Notes: a model not told the origin generated them from the sequence alone. A stretch of 64,000 nt of DNA from Sphagnum compactum (GCA_965153455.1 OZ234493.1:496001-560000), one strand, 5' to 3'; shown: positions 38,121 to 52,905, counted from the stretch's first letter. Translations and numbers: made by a program.

Positions 38121-41100
38121 CGTGTTTCCCTATGCCCTATTGCCCTTCCACGAGGGGGTAGAACAAGACACCATTGGGGTAATAAAAAAAAAATGCCAAA
38201 CAACTGCATCATAGGGGTCTTATGTTAGCTTATGTAGTGGAAAACAAAATGCCACTTGTACATCATGCTAGAAAGCGGTGGGGATGTGGTTACACAATCG
38301 AAGACAACAAAGCTAAAATGGTAGGACCCAAGGACATCTAATGCCAAAACCCAAGCCCATGCTGATGCTAGCAAGTTGGGAGTAAGGGAAGGTATTGGGT
38401 TGGGATGGTCATGTAGGTTAAAATTAGGATTGGATGTCTGATAGGAATGTTGGTGACGAGTTAACCCTCAAAAAGTAAATTGACACCCACAAATGTGGCA
38501 AAAGGTTCTAGGTGGAGGTTGTAGGCATGTTGGGAGGGTGGGTAGGTTGGGGGGTCTAATCATGGGCAACTATAGGGGCTAATAGAATGGAAAGGGGAAA
38601 TGGTTCTACATGTGCATTATTTAGGGGGATTGGGAAAGTGTTGTGTTGGGGCTCCACATTTACACAAAGGGCTGGGGGTTGGTAGGGGGAGCTAGTGGGT
38701 GGTGAATGGGTTGTTAAAATGGTATGAGGGGTTGGTGGGTGGTGCATGATTTGCATAGGAAAGGTAATGGAGAATGGGGTTATGGTGGTGTGTGAAAGGA
38801 CAAATGGGCGATGTGAACTATAAGGTTCAATGACACATGATAAACTAGGGGACATGGGACATTTTGTGCCCATAAAAAAAATAAAAATATTAGGAGGGCA
38901 ATTACAAATAGGCCCCACTTTCTAAAGACTACCTATTTCAATTTGGTAATCTTAGACATAAAGTCAACCACACAAAACTAGGCAGATCAAAAGGAAAAAT
39001 TAAAAAATCTCTGACAAACATGCAAATTTTAGTTCAAAGGATAGTTAAACCTTAACTTTGCCATAACTTTGGACACCATCATCCTTACTTTACTGTGTTT
39101 GACACAACCTATACACTTTTGAAAATTATATGTGCAAATATTAAGGGTTAAAAAACTTCTAGTTTTTTATTTTTTGGACCACCCAATTATAGTAACACCT
39201 AGTTTCAATAATAATAAAAAACACCTTCGACTCAATCCTTTGCTCAATAGAAAGCCCTAAAAAACATATGATTGGTCAATAACTAACCATTATATATTCA
39301 CATGTTCACACCTACAACACACTCTTTAACAAAAGAATTTTATTTTATTTTTGTTATTTTTTTAGGACTATGACAAAAATTAAAGAAAACCAAGACCATG
39401 GAAAAATCATTCACTTTGTGGTAGAAACTTTTATTGTGCTTAATTTTTAAATAATAACTAAATTCTTGGTGATAAAAAAACTTTCTAGGCTTGACAAAAA
39501 TGTAAAGGAAAAAAAAAGACCCACCATAAAACAAAACCCCCAAAAAAAAAGTTGCACAAAACCCACCCTCCCTTGTCCTTTTTACCTTCATTGTTTGGTT
39601 GCCCATTGATGCTTGTGTTGTCATCATCATCATCCTCCTCCTTTGTCCCAAAAAGCAGTTGCTTTCATATGTCTCGCCATTCCCCCAAAATCTAGAAACT
39701 ACACTTACGACTAGTCTTATTGGAATTGCAACTAGACTTACAGCTAGTCCATTTCTAACAAAAATTGGAATCGAACAAGGGTCTTAGAAGCCCCCCCCCC
39801 TTTTTTTTAGTGCCCCCATTACAAATTTGTCCTTATTTGTCCTTCTTTGCCTAACTTTTTTTTTCTTTGTTTTATGTGGGGCTAATTACTGAGCATGGAA
39901 AAACAACGACAATACTAGTAGCCAAGCTACCACTAGCATTGCCATCGCCACTCATGCTCCAAAGACCCTATGAATAGCAAACCCTCGCAACAAACCTTTT
40001 GTCTAACACTTTCAGAGGTCGTTTGTTCTCTCTTTGGATTAAAGGGCGATTAACACCTTCATTGAGCATTAAGGCCATGGGCCATCCAAATCCAAAATTA
40101 TTGATGGGTCCATAAAATATCTTGAACTCTTGTTTGGGTTTACATAATGGTAGTTTTGGGTTAGGGCCGAAACAAATGGTTATGAATCTCCTACTTGTAA
40201 TAGTTATGGAAGATATGGATAATGTTGGATGGGATTTTATGGCAATTTCTTAGACCCACACCTTTGGAGAATGCCTAATGGAATTCATGGCAGCAAAATT
40301 TTTTAAGGCAAAAGCTTTCTATTTTATCATTTTTATGTTTTTCCTTTCAAAAAATCAAGTTGGAGGGAACATTTGATCACTTTTTCCATGAAAGTACTAC
40401 ATATCGTTTTTTTTATGGTCCCATTAAGGTCTATGTTAGGAACAAAGGCTCTTGGGCCACAACAACAAGTTTTGCCATGGGCTCATCCAAAAAATGAGAT
40501 TCCATGAGTTTCCATAGGCCATGGCCAAAGCTATTAAGTATAGATTATCTTTAATTGTAGAAGTTTGAATTGGTTCATATCAACATGGTATTGGTATTGG
40601 ATCATTTCTAACATTTTCATATGAGCCTAGTTCTAGTATTGAATTTGTGTTCGGCCCACAACTGATTTTTGCATTGTATGAAGTAGGTATAAATTAGTGT
40701 TATGTGAGTAAGTGTAAATCATCTACACTCACATGCCTAAGTTTTTACATAGACATTAGTTATTAGGCTTTTTTAAAAAATTACATTTACAATTAAATGG
40801 CATGCTTATATATAAATACATTTACATGTTACCAAATTTATTTTTTGTTGTATGCGTAATTAACAATGTAATACCTTCATTTGTGTAAAAATCATAATCT
40901 TCAATGACCTTGGCAAGTGCAATATCTTAATTCCATTACGAACCTTAATCTTTTATGGGAGAATAAACAAATGAACATTGAGCACAATACACAATACATG
41001 TGCAGGTTTCTTTTCCTTTTTTCTTTTTTTTTTTAGAATTCAAAATGATGATTATGGAAATGAAGTTTGTTCGATAAAAAAAAAAGAAAATGTAGACATG

Positions 41101-41599
41101 AAGATAGAAGAAGGAGGTAGGTAGAAAAAAAATAAAAAGTTATGGAATATGGAGGAATGGTATTTTGCAAAGTCCTTTTTCATTGTAGTCTTGTGAATTC
41201 CCTCAAGTTCTTCCCTTATGTTTAAGTTATTTGTAAGTGTATTTGGTGGTATTGTTGTCATCATACAAATTTTTATGTTGTTGTAAACTTCAACAACAAC
41301 CTATTTCGATTGAGTTTCTTACATCTTAATCTTTACTTTCTTTGTCACTTTACATTCCACATTCTTGTGCTTGTTTTACAATTCCTTTTTTATGGTCTTC
41401 CATATCAAGGTTTAGGGTTAAAGGTCAATTCTTTTCATATTGTTCCATTTCATTTACATTTTTTTCCAGGTGTAAGTGGTGGTGTTTTTGCAAGTCTTAG
41501 CATTGTTGTAGGTTTTATGACACATTCCTAAGTTTGTCAAATGGCATCGTGAATAAAAGAACTTATTGATTTTCAAGTTTGCAATATAATGCAAACCAA

Positions 41600-42385
41600 A
41601 AGTATATTACCTAGCTCCCAAGAAAAAAACATGGGTAGAAATTTTGAAATGCAATTAAAACAAACTCACAAGCCAAAATTCAAGGTGAAATCAACTTACA
41701 CAAATGAAAAAAGGTAGTTAGTGTAAGTTGGAGCCAAAATGGTGCACAAACAAATCACGAACTAACCAAATTCACAAGACACATCATAATTCGAAGTTGG
41801 AGATGAACCATCACTTCCTCTTGTTTATATATTATGTGAACCAACAATAAGATTACATCAAAGTGGCAAAAAAAAATTTAAAGCCTCCTAAAAGAGAATT
41901 TTGAATTTTTTTGATTTTGCCCAAGTTATGAGTTTCACAACTTTGCAAGTTCATAATTCACACATGAATTTTGATTGAGGAGTTTGTAGCCCTTGAAATG
42001 GCCTTGCCAACATTGTATTACATGTTCAATTCAAAGGTCATTTGACCCCAATTTTTGAAGTTTCAGTGGTTGGGAGCCAAGTTGTTAATTTGATTCCCAA
42101 CCATTTTTTGGGTCGTATCCTTTTAACTCACAATTCCAAATGGAAAATGCAAGCTCATTTCTTATGTATATGCTTTGAACAAGACCTTTTCCAATGGTAT
42201 ATTGGGGTCCAATTTGAAGCAAATTATTACATACGCTTTTGTCCCAAAATGATTTTTTAAAAGTAAAAATGTTGTGCTTATTTTCTCACATTTGTGAAAG
42301 TGTGCTTGAGTCTTGACACACCTTCTTCACCCACTATCTCTCTTGCCTTAGCCTTGGTTGCAAGCCCAAGGCTAAAGGTGTGACA
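41600..42385. repeat. Degenerate LTR-like dispersed repeat
   Basis: Ends in CCTTGGTTGCAAGCCCAAGGCTAAAGGTGTGACA, an LTR-like ...CA terminus, and has no coding capacity. The left boundary is approximate. Confidence 0.35.
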
Positions 42386-43926
42386 TTTCATCACACCCCA
42401 TTTCAAAAGAGCTTCATCCTTTGTTGTTTTGCACATATTTTTGTCATGGTTTTGCCTTGTTAAAAAATCACAATTGTCAATGATAAGTGAGAAGTGCAAT
42501 ACCTTCATTTTGTCATAATTTTGTTTGTTTTTTTTTTAGGAGATCACAATACCCCTTGCAAATGCATATTCCATTTTTTCTTTGTGTGTTATTTTTTTAT
42601 GGAATGCACAAAAGTTGATTCTAATTTGTAAATGATTTTTTTTCAACAATAAAATGAAATCAAAATTTCATGACTCATATTTTTATTTTATTTTTAAGGC
42701 TATGACAAGTGGGCAAATAAAATTCAAACTTGGAAGCTTCTTAATCGCCAAATGAAAAAGAGAACATTAATTTTCCAAACAAAAGAAATATTTTGGATCT
42801 CCTCATCTCTAGATGATCCTACATTGAGGGGCACCTCTTGCCTCGTCATCCACATGTACTAATATAAACACTAAACCCTCTGTCAATCAATCGAGAATCC
42901 CAATTCACATAAAATTTATTAACTTTACATAAACAAGCCAAATTTTTTATTTAGGGTTTACTATGTAAAAATTGTATAAATGCATGTGTTTTTCTTATAA
43001 AACACTGACATGTATAAAATTATATACACTTATAATTGAAACGTATATAAATATTTGATATACTCTTAAACTTACCCAACAAATATATCAAAAATCATAT
43101 ACATGCACAACATTGGCATAAACCTGAAATTGAGACCGATATAAAACTGGAATGAGGGTGTAGTGGTTATAACCCTCCACACTACAATTCAAGTACAATG
43201 CTGGTTCAAACTTGTGTATCATTTCTTATTTTTCCCAATGGATATATATATGATATGATTTTTAGTTAAAAATAAAGATAAAAATGAATAAATAAATAAA
43301 TATTTAGTTATTGTGGTACAAGTCAAAAAGCTTGTCAACCCATCGTGTAAAAAGGCATTGATTAAAGTGTGATGAATAATTTTACCTGTCACAAGAAAGA
43401 AGTAATAAGTAGTAAGTGGGCTGTTCAAAACAGCATGATTTCTGGCACCCAACAACTACCTGAGTTAACCCCTCTACCACCTTTCAAATAGCCCTCATTA
43501 TTACTTTCAGAAATCTCTGTGGTTGCCAAATTATGAGGGTTTCCTCTCTTCATGCATTCACTCCCCAAAATGTAAAGACCCATTTTATTCACACCAAAGG
43601 ATCACCACTCATAACTCAAGTGGTCACTACTTCCAAGTTCCTAGAGCCTGGATGAAGGCCCTCTCTTTAAATGCATTGCCTTGACGAGAAGAAGGTGTTA
43701 GTCTTTGAACCCTTCTTTGAACATGAAAGACTACAAATGTTGGCCTCAGTGAACCAGCACCATCCACTGGATGCCTATTATCACTCAGTTGTGGATGAAC
43801 CTCAACTGAGTTGATATTTCATTTCACCTTGGTAACCAATTCTGTAGGAAGTAGGTCTTGTACATAGGTAGGTAGGAAAATAGGTGCTAATAGAAAAGTA
43901 GATGGTTTATACATGTGTAAGGGCTG

Positions 43927-43986
43927 TTTTTACTACCTACCTACTAACAACCTGCTTTTGGGTTGTTAGTAGGTAGGTAGTAAAAA
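43927..43986. repeat. Perfect 26-bp inverted repeat with an 8-nt loop
   Basis: TTTTTACTACCTACCTACTAACAACC (43927-43952) / GGTTGTTAGTAGGTAGGTAGTAAAAA (43961-43986). Confidence 0.95.
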
Positions 43987-46696
43987 AAAAAGCAACTGAG
44001 CTACCACCATGGTTAGCTCAGGAACTGGAACACAACAGAAAAGTGTTTTTAGACCATTTATCATCCATCTTTCATGGTGGACTGGTGGGTGCTGGTTCAC
44101 TGTGGCCACAAATGTTCACATTTATAACACATAGATACCTTATCATAGGGTCAGTTTCAGTGTTTTATTTTCTGGCAAACTTTTGCCATTTTTCAACAAA
44201 TTAAGAAATTGGGAAATTTTTGGATTATTTTTTCTTTGTGTAATCTAGACCAATTTTTCTAATTTAAAAAACATCTCCAAAATTTTGATATCAAAAAAAT
44301 GGAAAAACATTAATGGTCAGTTTCCTCATTAAATAATCCTTTAAATAATGAAATGAAATTTTATGAAAAATATGAAGCTAAAGGTGTTGGAAACCATCAT
44401 AATTATTGCAGGCTAAAATCTGAATCATTTCACTTCTCATATCACAATATATTGTAGGGGGAAGTGAAATAATTATTATTATTTCAAATTTATAAAAGAT
44501 TAATATTTTCTTTGAAAAAAGTTAGTTATTCCTTTTGTCAATGTAGAAGTTGACCTAAGCCAATAAGTAGATGGTGCCATTGTGCATGGTGTGATGAGGG
44601 TTTATGATATTAGTACAAATGGCTATTGTACTAATATCATAGTGGGCGAGTAGTGCACAAGATGGAAACCCACCCTAAGTTATGTCGGGCGATACGTTAG
44701 GATCTATTTTGGGATGCAAATTAGCAAGGCTTTACTTTACTTAATCACGGTCCCAATGATTAATTATCAGTGATTAAATTATGCCACTTCACCCCACCTC
44801 CTTAAAAGGCTATAACATAGTTACCAATTAAGTACTTGTTCCGACAAGGTACATACATTAAGAGTCATTAGGGTTTTGGGTATAGCAATAGTAATTGCAC
44901 TTATGCCTGGTTAAGAGGGGAGTTAATTAGGTTGATTGTAAAGTATGATTACTTAACTCACCAGGTTGAGGTTAGCCATCTTTTGGCCCAAAAAAGTGAA
45001 TTTGCAAATTTCAACCCTTTTTAAAAAATAGAAGTCTTGTTTTTTTTCCCCACTGTTGGGATTTAGCCCATGTGGCCAGTTGTGTATTTGCTTTGGTACT
45101 GAAGTGGTTAATAGTCAGGGGTTGTTGGAGTTGTCATTGGCCCCAATAATAAATATCACCCACTATTAGTGTAGATAGGCCAGTGAGCCAACACTCAAGA
45201 ACCGAAAGGAGGTCGAATGCCACACACATTATTCCTCTGCTTCTGAAGCTTCAAGAACATTTGTAGCTCTCTCTACCTAGCACTTCCCATGCCACAACAA
45301 TTCCTCAACTTGCTAAAGGAATGCAAAAGGTATGAGGTGTTTGTTGTAAGTGGGTTTAGAGTTTGGTGATGGGTGAATTAAAGCAGATTAGGATTTTGAA
45401 CTTGAAATCTTTGATCGTTGCATTTTTGCCTTTGGAATACAAAGATGTTTTGTAAAGCTCTAGTTGTGCATCGATTAGGTTTTAAATCACTGAAATCAAA
45501 CTGAAAATGAGGAAGATATGGGGCTAGAACTAATGAAGGGGCCTAAAGCTATTTTTTCATTTTTTGAAACAAATTATCATTCATCCTCTTCATGTGTTTT
45601 GGGCATTACTCTTTTACTTTTGACACTAAAAAAAACATTTGTAGCCCTTTAGTTTGCACATCCAATGACACAAAAATTGTTCGATTTGGTCATGGAATGA
45701 TGAAAATATTTGAAAATGTTCAATACATATTAAGTACATGTTTGATGATGGGTGGTTCTACCTTACTTAAATTAGTGGGATGCCATTTCTAGCTCTTGTT
45801 ATAGTTTTAGAGGTGGAAATATATGGCTAATATGGAACTACAATTAGAGGGGTTTTTGCTCTAATGCGAGAACATTAAAAATCTTTCGATGAAATGTAAT
45901 TTTTAAGAATCAAAATTTGGTAACTAGTCGCAACACATGATGATTTTTTCTGGCCATCAACGAGAACCAAACTATAACAAAAACTAGCTACACATTATAA
46001 AATTCAAGCATATTCAACACAAGCATGCAAAATGCATAACACTCATATAATTGTGTGCAAATCAACCCCAAAAGTTGGCATTTCCAACTACAAAGTATTC
46101 AAATTTGAAAAAGCACATTCAAAATGAGAAGTAGACCTAAATAGTTGAAGGGCGATTGAACCTTTAAAATTAACCTTCCCAATTCAACTCACTTACAATT
46201 TGTCAAATTAGTCAAAAAAATAAAAAAAATTCAAAAACAACTCGATTGATTTCCATTATTTTATTTTGTTGAAATTGTCACTCCCAAATCCCTCCAACAC
46301 ATTATCTAAGGAGATCAAAATAGGGATCTTTGCACAACATAACAATCTATAGATAACCAAGATTGATCGTCAAGCATAAAATTTCATCACAACTAAAAGT
46401 AACGTATCATGCAACCCCCATTGCCATTTTAATCGCCTTCATACCTCATGGTGCATGAATTTTACCATTGTACACCTTAAATTATCAAGACCCAATGTTT
46501 CTTTTGTTGTTTTTTTTAATTGCCAAAAAATCATATAAGGGCATAAAAGATTCATATTTAACATGGGACAACCCATTATAACAAATGCAAAACAATTGCA
46601 AACTACTTTCCCTTCTTGGCCTTTTCAATCGTTATACCATTTGGTAACTACATAACAATAATTTGATGCTTGTGATTAGCAAGCTCAACATGATTC

Positions 46697-48559
46697 CATT
46701 ATGAGAAATCATGTCTGTTGAAACCACACTACCTTGCAACTAAAATTCAAAAAATAACTTATATATACCTATTGTGTAACTATTTTTTGGGTATTACAAC
46801 TAGTGTGCAACTATCCCCCTAGAAATACAGTGTATTAATAAATAAATTACCATGTCAAAAAATTAATGAATTACATTATAGTTACAAGTGAATTGAAAAT
46901 GGATCTTCTATATGCTAATTTATACACATCATACATACATATGTAGTCAACCATGTTTGATTTTTTTAAAAGTTCCATTGTAGTTGCATGTGGCAACTAT
47001 TTTAAAATTGTTGTAAATGTGCCACCAAAGCAACAACTATGTTAAAATTAGGTACAATGTACATACATGTGATCATGCCATGTGTTCACATTTCCACCAC
47101 CCATTATGGAATACATTTATAATTAGTTTTCAATTATGATTCCATTGATACAATTAATACATCCACTAATGTGCCACTACTAAAGTACTACTATTCAGCT
47201 ATGTTTGACTATAATACAACTACTTATAACTTAATAAAAATACATATTCGTTAGTTATTTATATCTTCATCATCTGTGTTTCATTTTGAGTGATTTAAAA
47301 TGTTATGAGAGTTTTATCTCAAGCTTTAAAAATCATTGTTGAAATGTAGAGGAAAATGAATAATGAAAAAATAACAAAAGAAATAAACTTTCCAACTTGC
47401 AAAACACATTTTTTTCCTTTTTTTCTCTTTTGACCCCTCCTACTTTCAAACCTCATAACTTTCTTATTTCTTATTCATTTTAAATGATTTAAAATATTAT
47501 AAGAGCGCCATTTGAAGTTTTATAAATCATCTTTGAACTTGAATAGCAACAAAGCAACATTCAAAGATTTTTTTAGGTGTTCAGCAATTAACCTTTGTAA
47601 CAAATAGTGGTTTTTTTTTTGAGTTTTTCATACCCTTTATTTTGGGGGGCCATAATTTTTCAACTTCATTCCATTTTTGATGATTTAATGCCTTAGAAGC
47701 AGCAATAAGAGGGGTTCAAGTTTTTTTGGACACTAAAAACAATGGAGCCCTCCGCTTGGATTTGGCTTGCTCTGTGCGTTTAAGTGTTATAGTTGCCATT
47801 CAATTGCAATTCAATTTGTAACTAAAGAACAACTAAAAGATTTAACCCATATGTTTTGTTGTGAAATCCCATGTTACAAAATATATAAAAAAGGTTTGTT
47901 CTCTCATTTTTTAATGTCATTTTGGGATGAGTTCAAAAAAGCTTAACCGAAAGGCAAAACATAATTTTTTAAAAAAAATTCATGGTTATTTTTTAGTTCA
48001 CTTAATCCTGTGCTTTCCTACCTACTTACCTACTTATGTAAGGTAATTCCTAAGTAAATACATAGGTATATAGGTCCTAAAACCTACCAACTTAGATGGC
48101 TACTAAAATATATACTTATATTTATTCATTCCAAAATATAATTAATATGCTATGTGGTAATTTTTTATTGTGCCGTGTGTCACAATTTCGGATCATCATT
48201 AACAATCATGATGAACAATGGAGATCAATATTTTGAAAAAAAATCATTTTTATGTCCAAATTTTTTCATAATGCCACATGTTAGATTTTAATAGATGCAC
48301 AATAATCAATGACATTAACATGACATCAAGGGTGCAATTATAATGGAGTTGCATAATAATTGAAAATGAATTATTTTGATTGAATTGTAATTGAGTTGCA
48401 ATGAGTTGTATCACGTATACATTGAGTTGTAACTGTGCAACTCATGCAACTTGTCCATTAACACTCACGACATATAATTACAATGAGTTGCAAATGTCCT
48501 TCGCAACTCAAAAATTGAGTTGTAAGGCTAATTACAAAACACCCTTTTTCCTCATAGTG
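46697..48559. mobile_element. Non-autonomous CACTA-like element, same family as 33037-35279 but inverted
   Basis: Termini CATTATGAGAAA ... TTCCTCATAGTG with flanks TTC/TTA (2 of 3 TSD bases match). GCAACT/AGTTGC subterminal repeats and a shared inverted internal segment. Confidence 0.65.
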
Positions 48560-50850
48560 TTATTTGCATGCATACAACTTTTTATGTACTACTAATCCAT
48601 TTTTTTGCATCAATACCTAAATCCTTTTCAACTTTCCTATGTCATGCATGCTTGTAAAATGAATCTCATTCAAGAATAAATAGTTTTTTTTTTAACCTTC
48701 CACTTGGGTACAAATTTTTACACTTAATAATGTGCAAGCAACCAATTCAACCCATGGTAGCTTATATAGCCCAAGTTTATTGAAACATGTTACTCTTATC
48801 ATAGTTTTTTTTTCTTAAACAATGGGTTGGGTGGGGTGATCAAATTTACTTCAAGTTGTGGGAGTTCATTTAACCACACAAAATTTAAATCAACCTTAAG
48901 ATTTGAAGATTAAAACTACAAGATCATTGAAAAGGTGTAGAATGAAATGAAAATGTAATACTTGGATGAAGCAAGACAAGAAGCTCAAGGATAGTAAAGT
49001 TTCTATTAAAATGAAAAAATTAACTTATAAGATGGTGGGAGTTGGGGTGCCATAGAAAATGTGGGGGAAAAAAAAAAATCAAATTTAACTTGAACCCTTA
49101 CCTTCCTCCCAAGGCTCACGTGACAAGCATATAATATGAAGAAGCTAGATACAAATGTTAAGATGACCAATGGATTGGCTTCATAAATGTGCATTGCAAA
49201 TTAGATGAAAACACACATAAAATCTTCACAACCAAGGGATGTAAAAAATAGTAACCACCTTAACTTTGAAGGTTAAAACATGTTGCTTCACATCACAAGC
49301 TTTCAAATTCCTCAAAAATCTTTTGGAATCCTCCCAAATCCCCTTGAAATATGACCAAAACCCTTCAAAATTCACATTTTTGCACATCACACAATTAATT
49401 ACATGTAGTCAATCAATATTAATCAAAACACAACAAAAGCAATGACAAATATGGTATTCTATAGTGTCATTCATGTTTTAGCCCTCCTACTTTCAAGCAA
49501 CTAACATAGTAGTGATGGAAAACACTATACCAACAATCGACAAACACATGTAGCAAAATCAACAACAAATTAGACACAAAGGCAAAGGGTTTAGGGTTTA
49601 CTTGATGGATGAGCACAAGAACAAAACATAAATGAAAGCATAATGAGGACCTATACTTTTGCATTTTCATTTCAAGCTTGAGCAATGGGAAGTTGTGCAC
49701 ATTTTGAATCTCAATAATATGACCATTGACCACCAAGTTCCAACATTCAATTTCACCCACCAAACCCACAATGGTCCAAAGAACATTCTCAATGCATTTT
49801 GTGTACTTCCACTAACACATATTTCAACAAATTAAATGCATGGAGATTTTTATGAACATAGATAGAGACTTGGTGAGTAAGAAGGGATTTTTTTTTTCAA
49901 ACAATAGTTCTATAAAAGGAAGAGCATAAAGTGAGTGACCTAAAGACGAGAACATGAGAATGATGGTGGTGTAGTTGTTTTTGTGAAAAGGCAACCTCGT
50001 TGGCTATGATGTGGCCATTCAACAATTTTTAACCACCCAAATCTAGCCATGTGGTAACACTCCGTCTATATATAAGCTAGATTGATCTAGGTGGCAATGA
50101 AAACTATGTGCAATGAAACAAAGTAGCAACCTCACATCCTAGGCAACGGTTTTCAACCCAAAAAACCCTAAATTTTTCCTTAATTTTCTTTTATATAAGC
50201 AATTTAAAATCAAGCCAATTTTAGCTTTTTCACCATGCCTGAATCCAATTCCAAGTTTGGTTCTAAAACTTATGGTTGACAAGTGTAGATGGGACAAGCC
50301 TCATCACAAGACCCATTCTAATCAAGCCCTAAGTCCTAAAACTTGGACCTAAACCCAACTTGAGAAATGCCATAATCATTTAAACCCAACCTTAAAGTTG
50401 GCCCAAAGGTCTTAAGCAATGTTGTGTGAGTATTTGATTTTGAAATAATGATCAATTCTAGTTCTTTAAAATGTTCAAAATCAAAGACCTATTAGTTCCA
50501 GTTTCTTGAAATAAAATCAATAGAAAAATGATGGTTTTAATTATTTCAAAAAAGTAAAAGGACCATTGGTTTTCATAAAAGAATCAACAAATAGTCAATG
50601 GTTCGAAAGGCATTTTTTTTGAATTAAAAAAAAAAAAACGAAACCTAAGGTTTTATGCCAAATTTGGGTTTTTTTAATTTTCCACCCCCACTAGGTAAGT
50701 GAATATATATATGGGTTGATGATTAGTGAATACAAATAACAATTGCACAACATTAGTCTTACGGCCCATTTTATAATGTCCAAGCTTTAAAGCCTTTATA
50801 AGAAGGGTGACAACTCCACTTGAAACCTTTTTCATTTTTTTTGATTTAAT

Positions 50851-51622
50851 CACTTTGCCAAAACATGGTTTTGTGACTAAACATTTTTGTGATTATTTCT
50901 CAAACCTAATCATGTAATTGTATTAGACATGCAACCATGTCATTTCTTTGACTAATGTCATAATTACAACTACATGACTAGTCCCATGATTAGTAATCAT
51001 GAAGTAATTGCTTTCCTAAGAACTTTGTTCTAAATAGCTTAATAGTAACCTACAAATAATATAGTAATAGCTTTAATGTAACTATTTTCCCCCTAGGCTA
51101 TTATACCTTAAGCCTATTTTAGGTTATTTTACCCTAGGCTTTTCAATGTTGATATTCAAAGTTGTTATATTTTAGTGTATTTTAACCTTACTCTACCTCA
51201 TGCTATTATAGGTTATTCTATCTTATGTTATCAATAGCTTAAAATAATCTATAATAGCTTAGGGTAGAATTTAAAGAGGTTTATAAATAGTTTGGAATAG
51301 CCTATTGTAATTTATTTTAAGTTAGTGTAGCCTTAACCGAAGTTATGTTGCCTTGCATACTCTAGGTCGCCACAAGGGTACCAATCACTAGCTAGAACAC
51401 CCAATAACATTCACAAAATAATGTAAATATGATGGCTAAATATGCATTTTGAATTTTTTCTTCATGACTGAAGTTGTTTTTAGCATAGTCACTTCCGATT
51501 GATTGTAGTGATTATGGTAGAAATGATGAATTTGAATTGAATAGTCATGTAGTCACATGCAATTGTATTTGCATAAAACAATTATGTTTTCCTATTCATA
51601 AATCCTAGCTTTAAGTGTAGTG
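50851..51622. mobile_element. Short non-autonomous CACTA-like element with TSD AAT
   Basis: AAT|CACTTTGCCAAAACATGGTTTTGTGACT ... ATTCATAAATCCTAGCTTTAAGTGTAGTG|AAT, with GACTA/TAGTC subterminal repeats. Confidence 0.65.
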
Positions 51623-52159
51623 AATTATAAACCTCTTTCAATTAGCTCATCAAAAACTTGACATGCTTCAAATAAGATTGTTTGATTTATTCTCCAAGTT
51701 TGTATAATTATATAAGTTAAAGCAATGGACAAGTGGACAAAGCATTTTTGATAAAAATTCTTTCCTTCCCTATGCCCTTTTTACATAGAAATCCACGCCT
51801 TTTTTTGGGTTGTATATGAAAACATGTTAATGACCAGACATTTAGTGTATCAAAAACCTTAAAATTTTCTAATGTTGATCTTTTGCCTTTGGGGTTCAAA
51901 GAAGTTATGTAAAGTTTTTCTTAGCACACAAATAATGTTTTGATTGCTCAAAATGGATAAGAAATGAGGATGTACAAAAGTAATGTGATATAAAAATAAA
52001 GGGGGTGTCAATTTTTGGTGATGGGCATGTCCAAACACTTTGTGATTTGGATTTAGTCGTCTTCTTCACAAGTTTTTTTCAGTTTGCAATATAAGTAGCC
52101 TCTCCCCTTTTGTTCGATTCTTTTGTTTCTTGATTCAAAAAATTAGTGAAATTATTGAT

Positions 52160-52905
52160 AACGCACATACACCGAACCCGTCTAGCAGGGGTGAGAGGTT
52201 GGGCGGAGAGCCAAGTACTTTGGTGCAATGTGCACAACGTATGAGTGGGAGTTCAGATGGCTCAGCTGGCCTCGCTACAACTAGTGCAGCCGGTTGGTGC
52301 TAGATCTACGACAGGAGGCCTGATCAACCAGGAGGCTGGGGCCCCACGTCTTCTAGGTTTTCCCCACACAATATTGAGTGTAAAAAGGGTGAAAGATAAT
52401 ATGCGGCTGGCTTACATTGAAAATCTCTTTACCAACTGTGAGATCAAGACCAGCGTGTAGACAAGATACTTGCGTTTCAAGGGTATGTTGTACGAGAGCG
52501 AAAACTACTTGTGTGACATTAGCTGCGTTCAGCTACGGAAAGCTTTGGCCCGGTTTCGATGTGGTAACACGCAGCTTGAGGTAGTGTTAGGTGCATGGAA
52601 GGGCGTGCCATACGCAGAGAAGCTTTGTCGAGGCTACGATTTGGGGAAGGTTGAGGATGAAGAGCACTTGCTTCTTGTTTGTCCAAATATGCATAAAATT
52701 AGGGAACACTTTTGTTCGACCCTGCCCTTCACCCGCACTAGCACTCTTTGTGAGCTCATGCAAACTACGAACACGGTCGCCTTGGCTAAGTTTGTGGCAT
52801 GCTGCCAGTACCAGAGGACAATCTGTCCACCATGATCTACCTTTCTCTAATGGACTCTCTGGTCCCAAATGGACGTAAAATTGTAAACAATAAATAGATA
52901 GACTA
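52160..52905 (+). mobile_element. 5'-truncated LINE (RTE/RTEX-like) 3' end with C-terminal zinc finger
   Basis: GC-rich island encoding LRKALARFRCGNTQLEVVLGAW...LCRGYDLGKVEDEEHLLLVCP (decayed CCHC, first CxxC mutated). Stop at 52835, then a short UTR and AATAAATAGATAGA tail. Confidence 0.75.
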
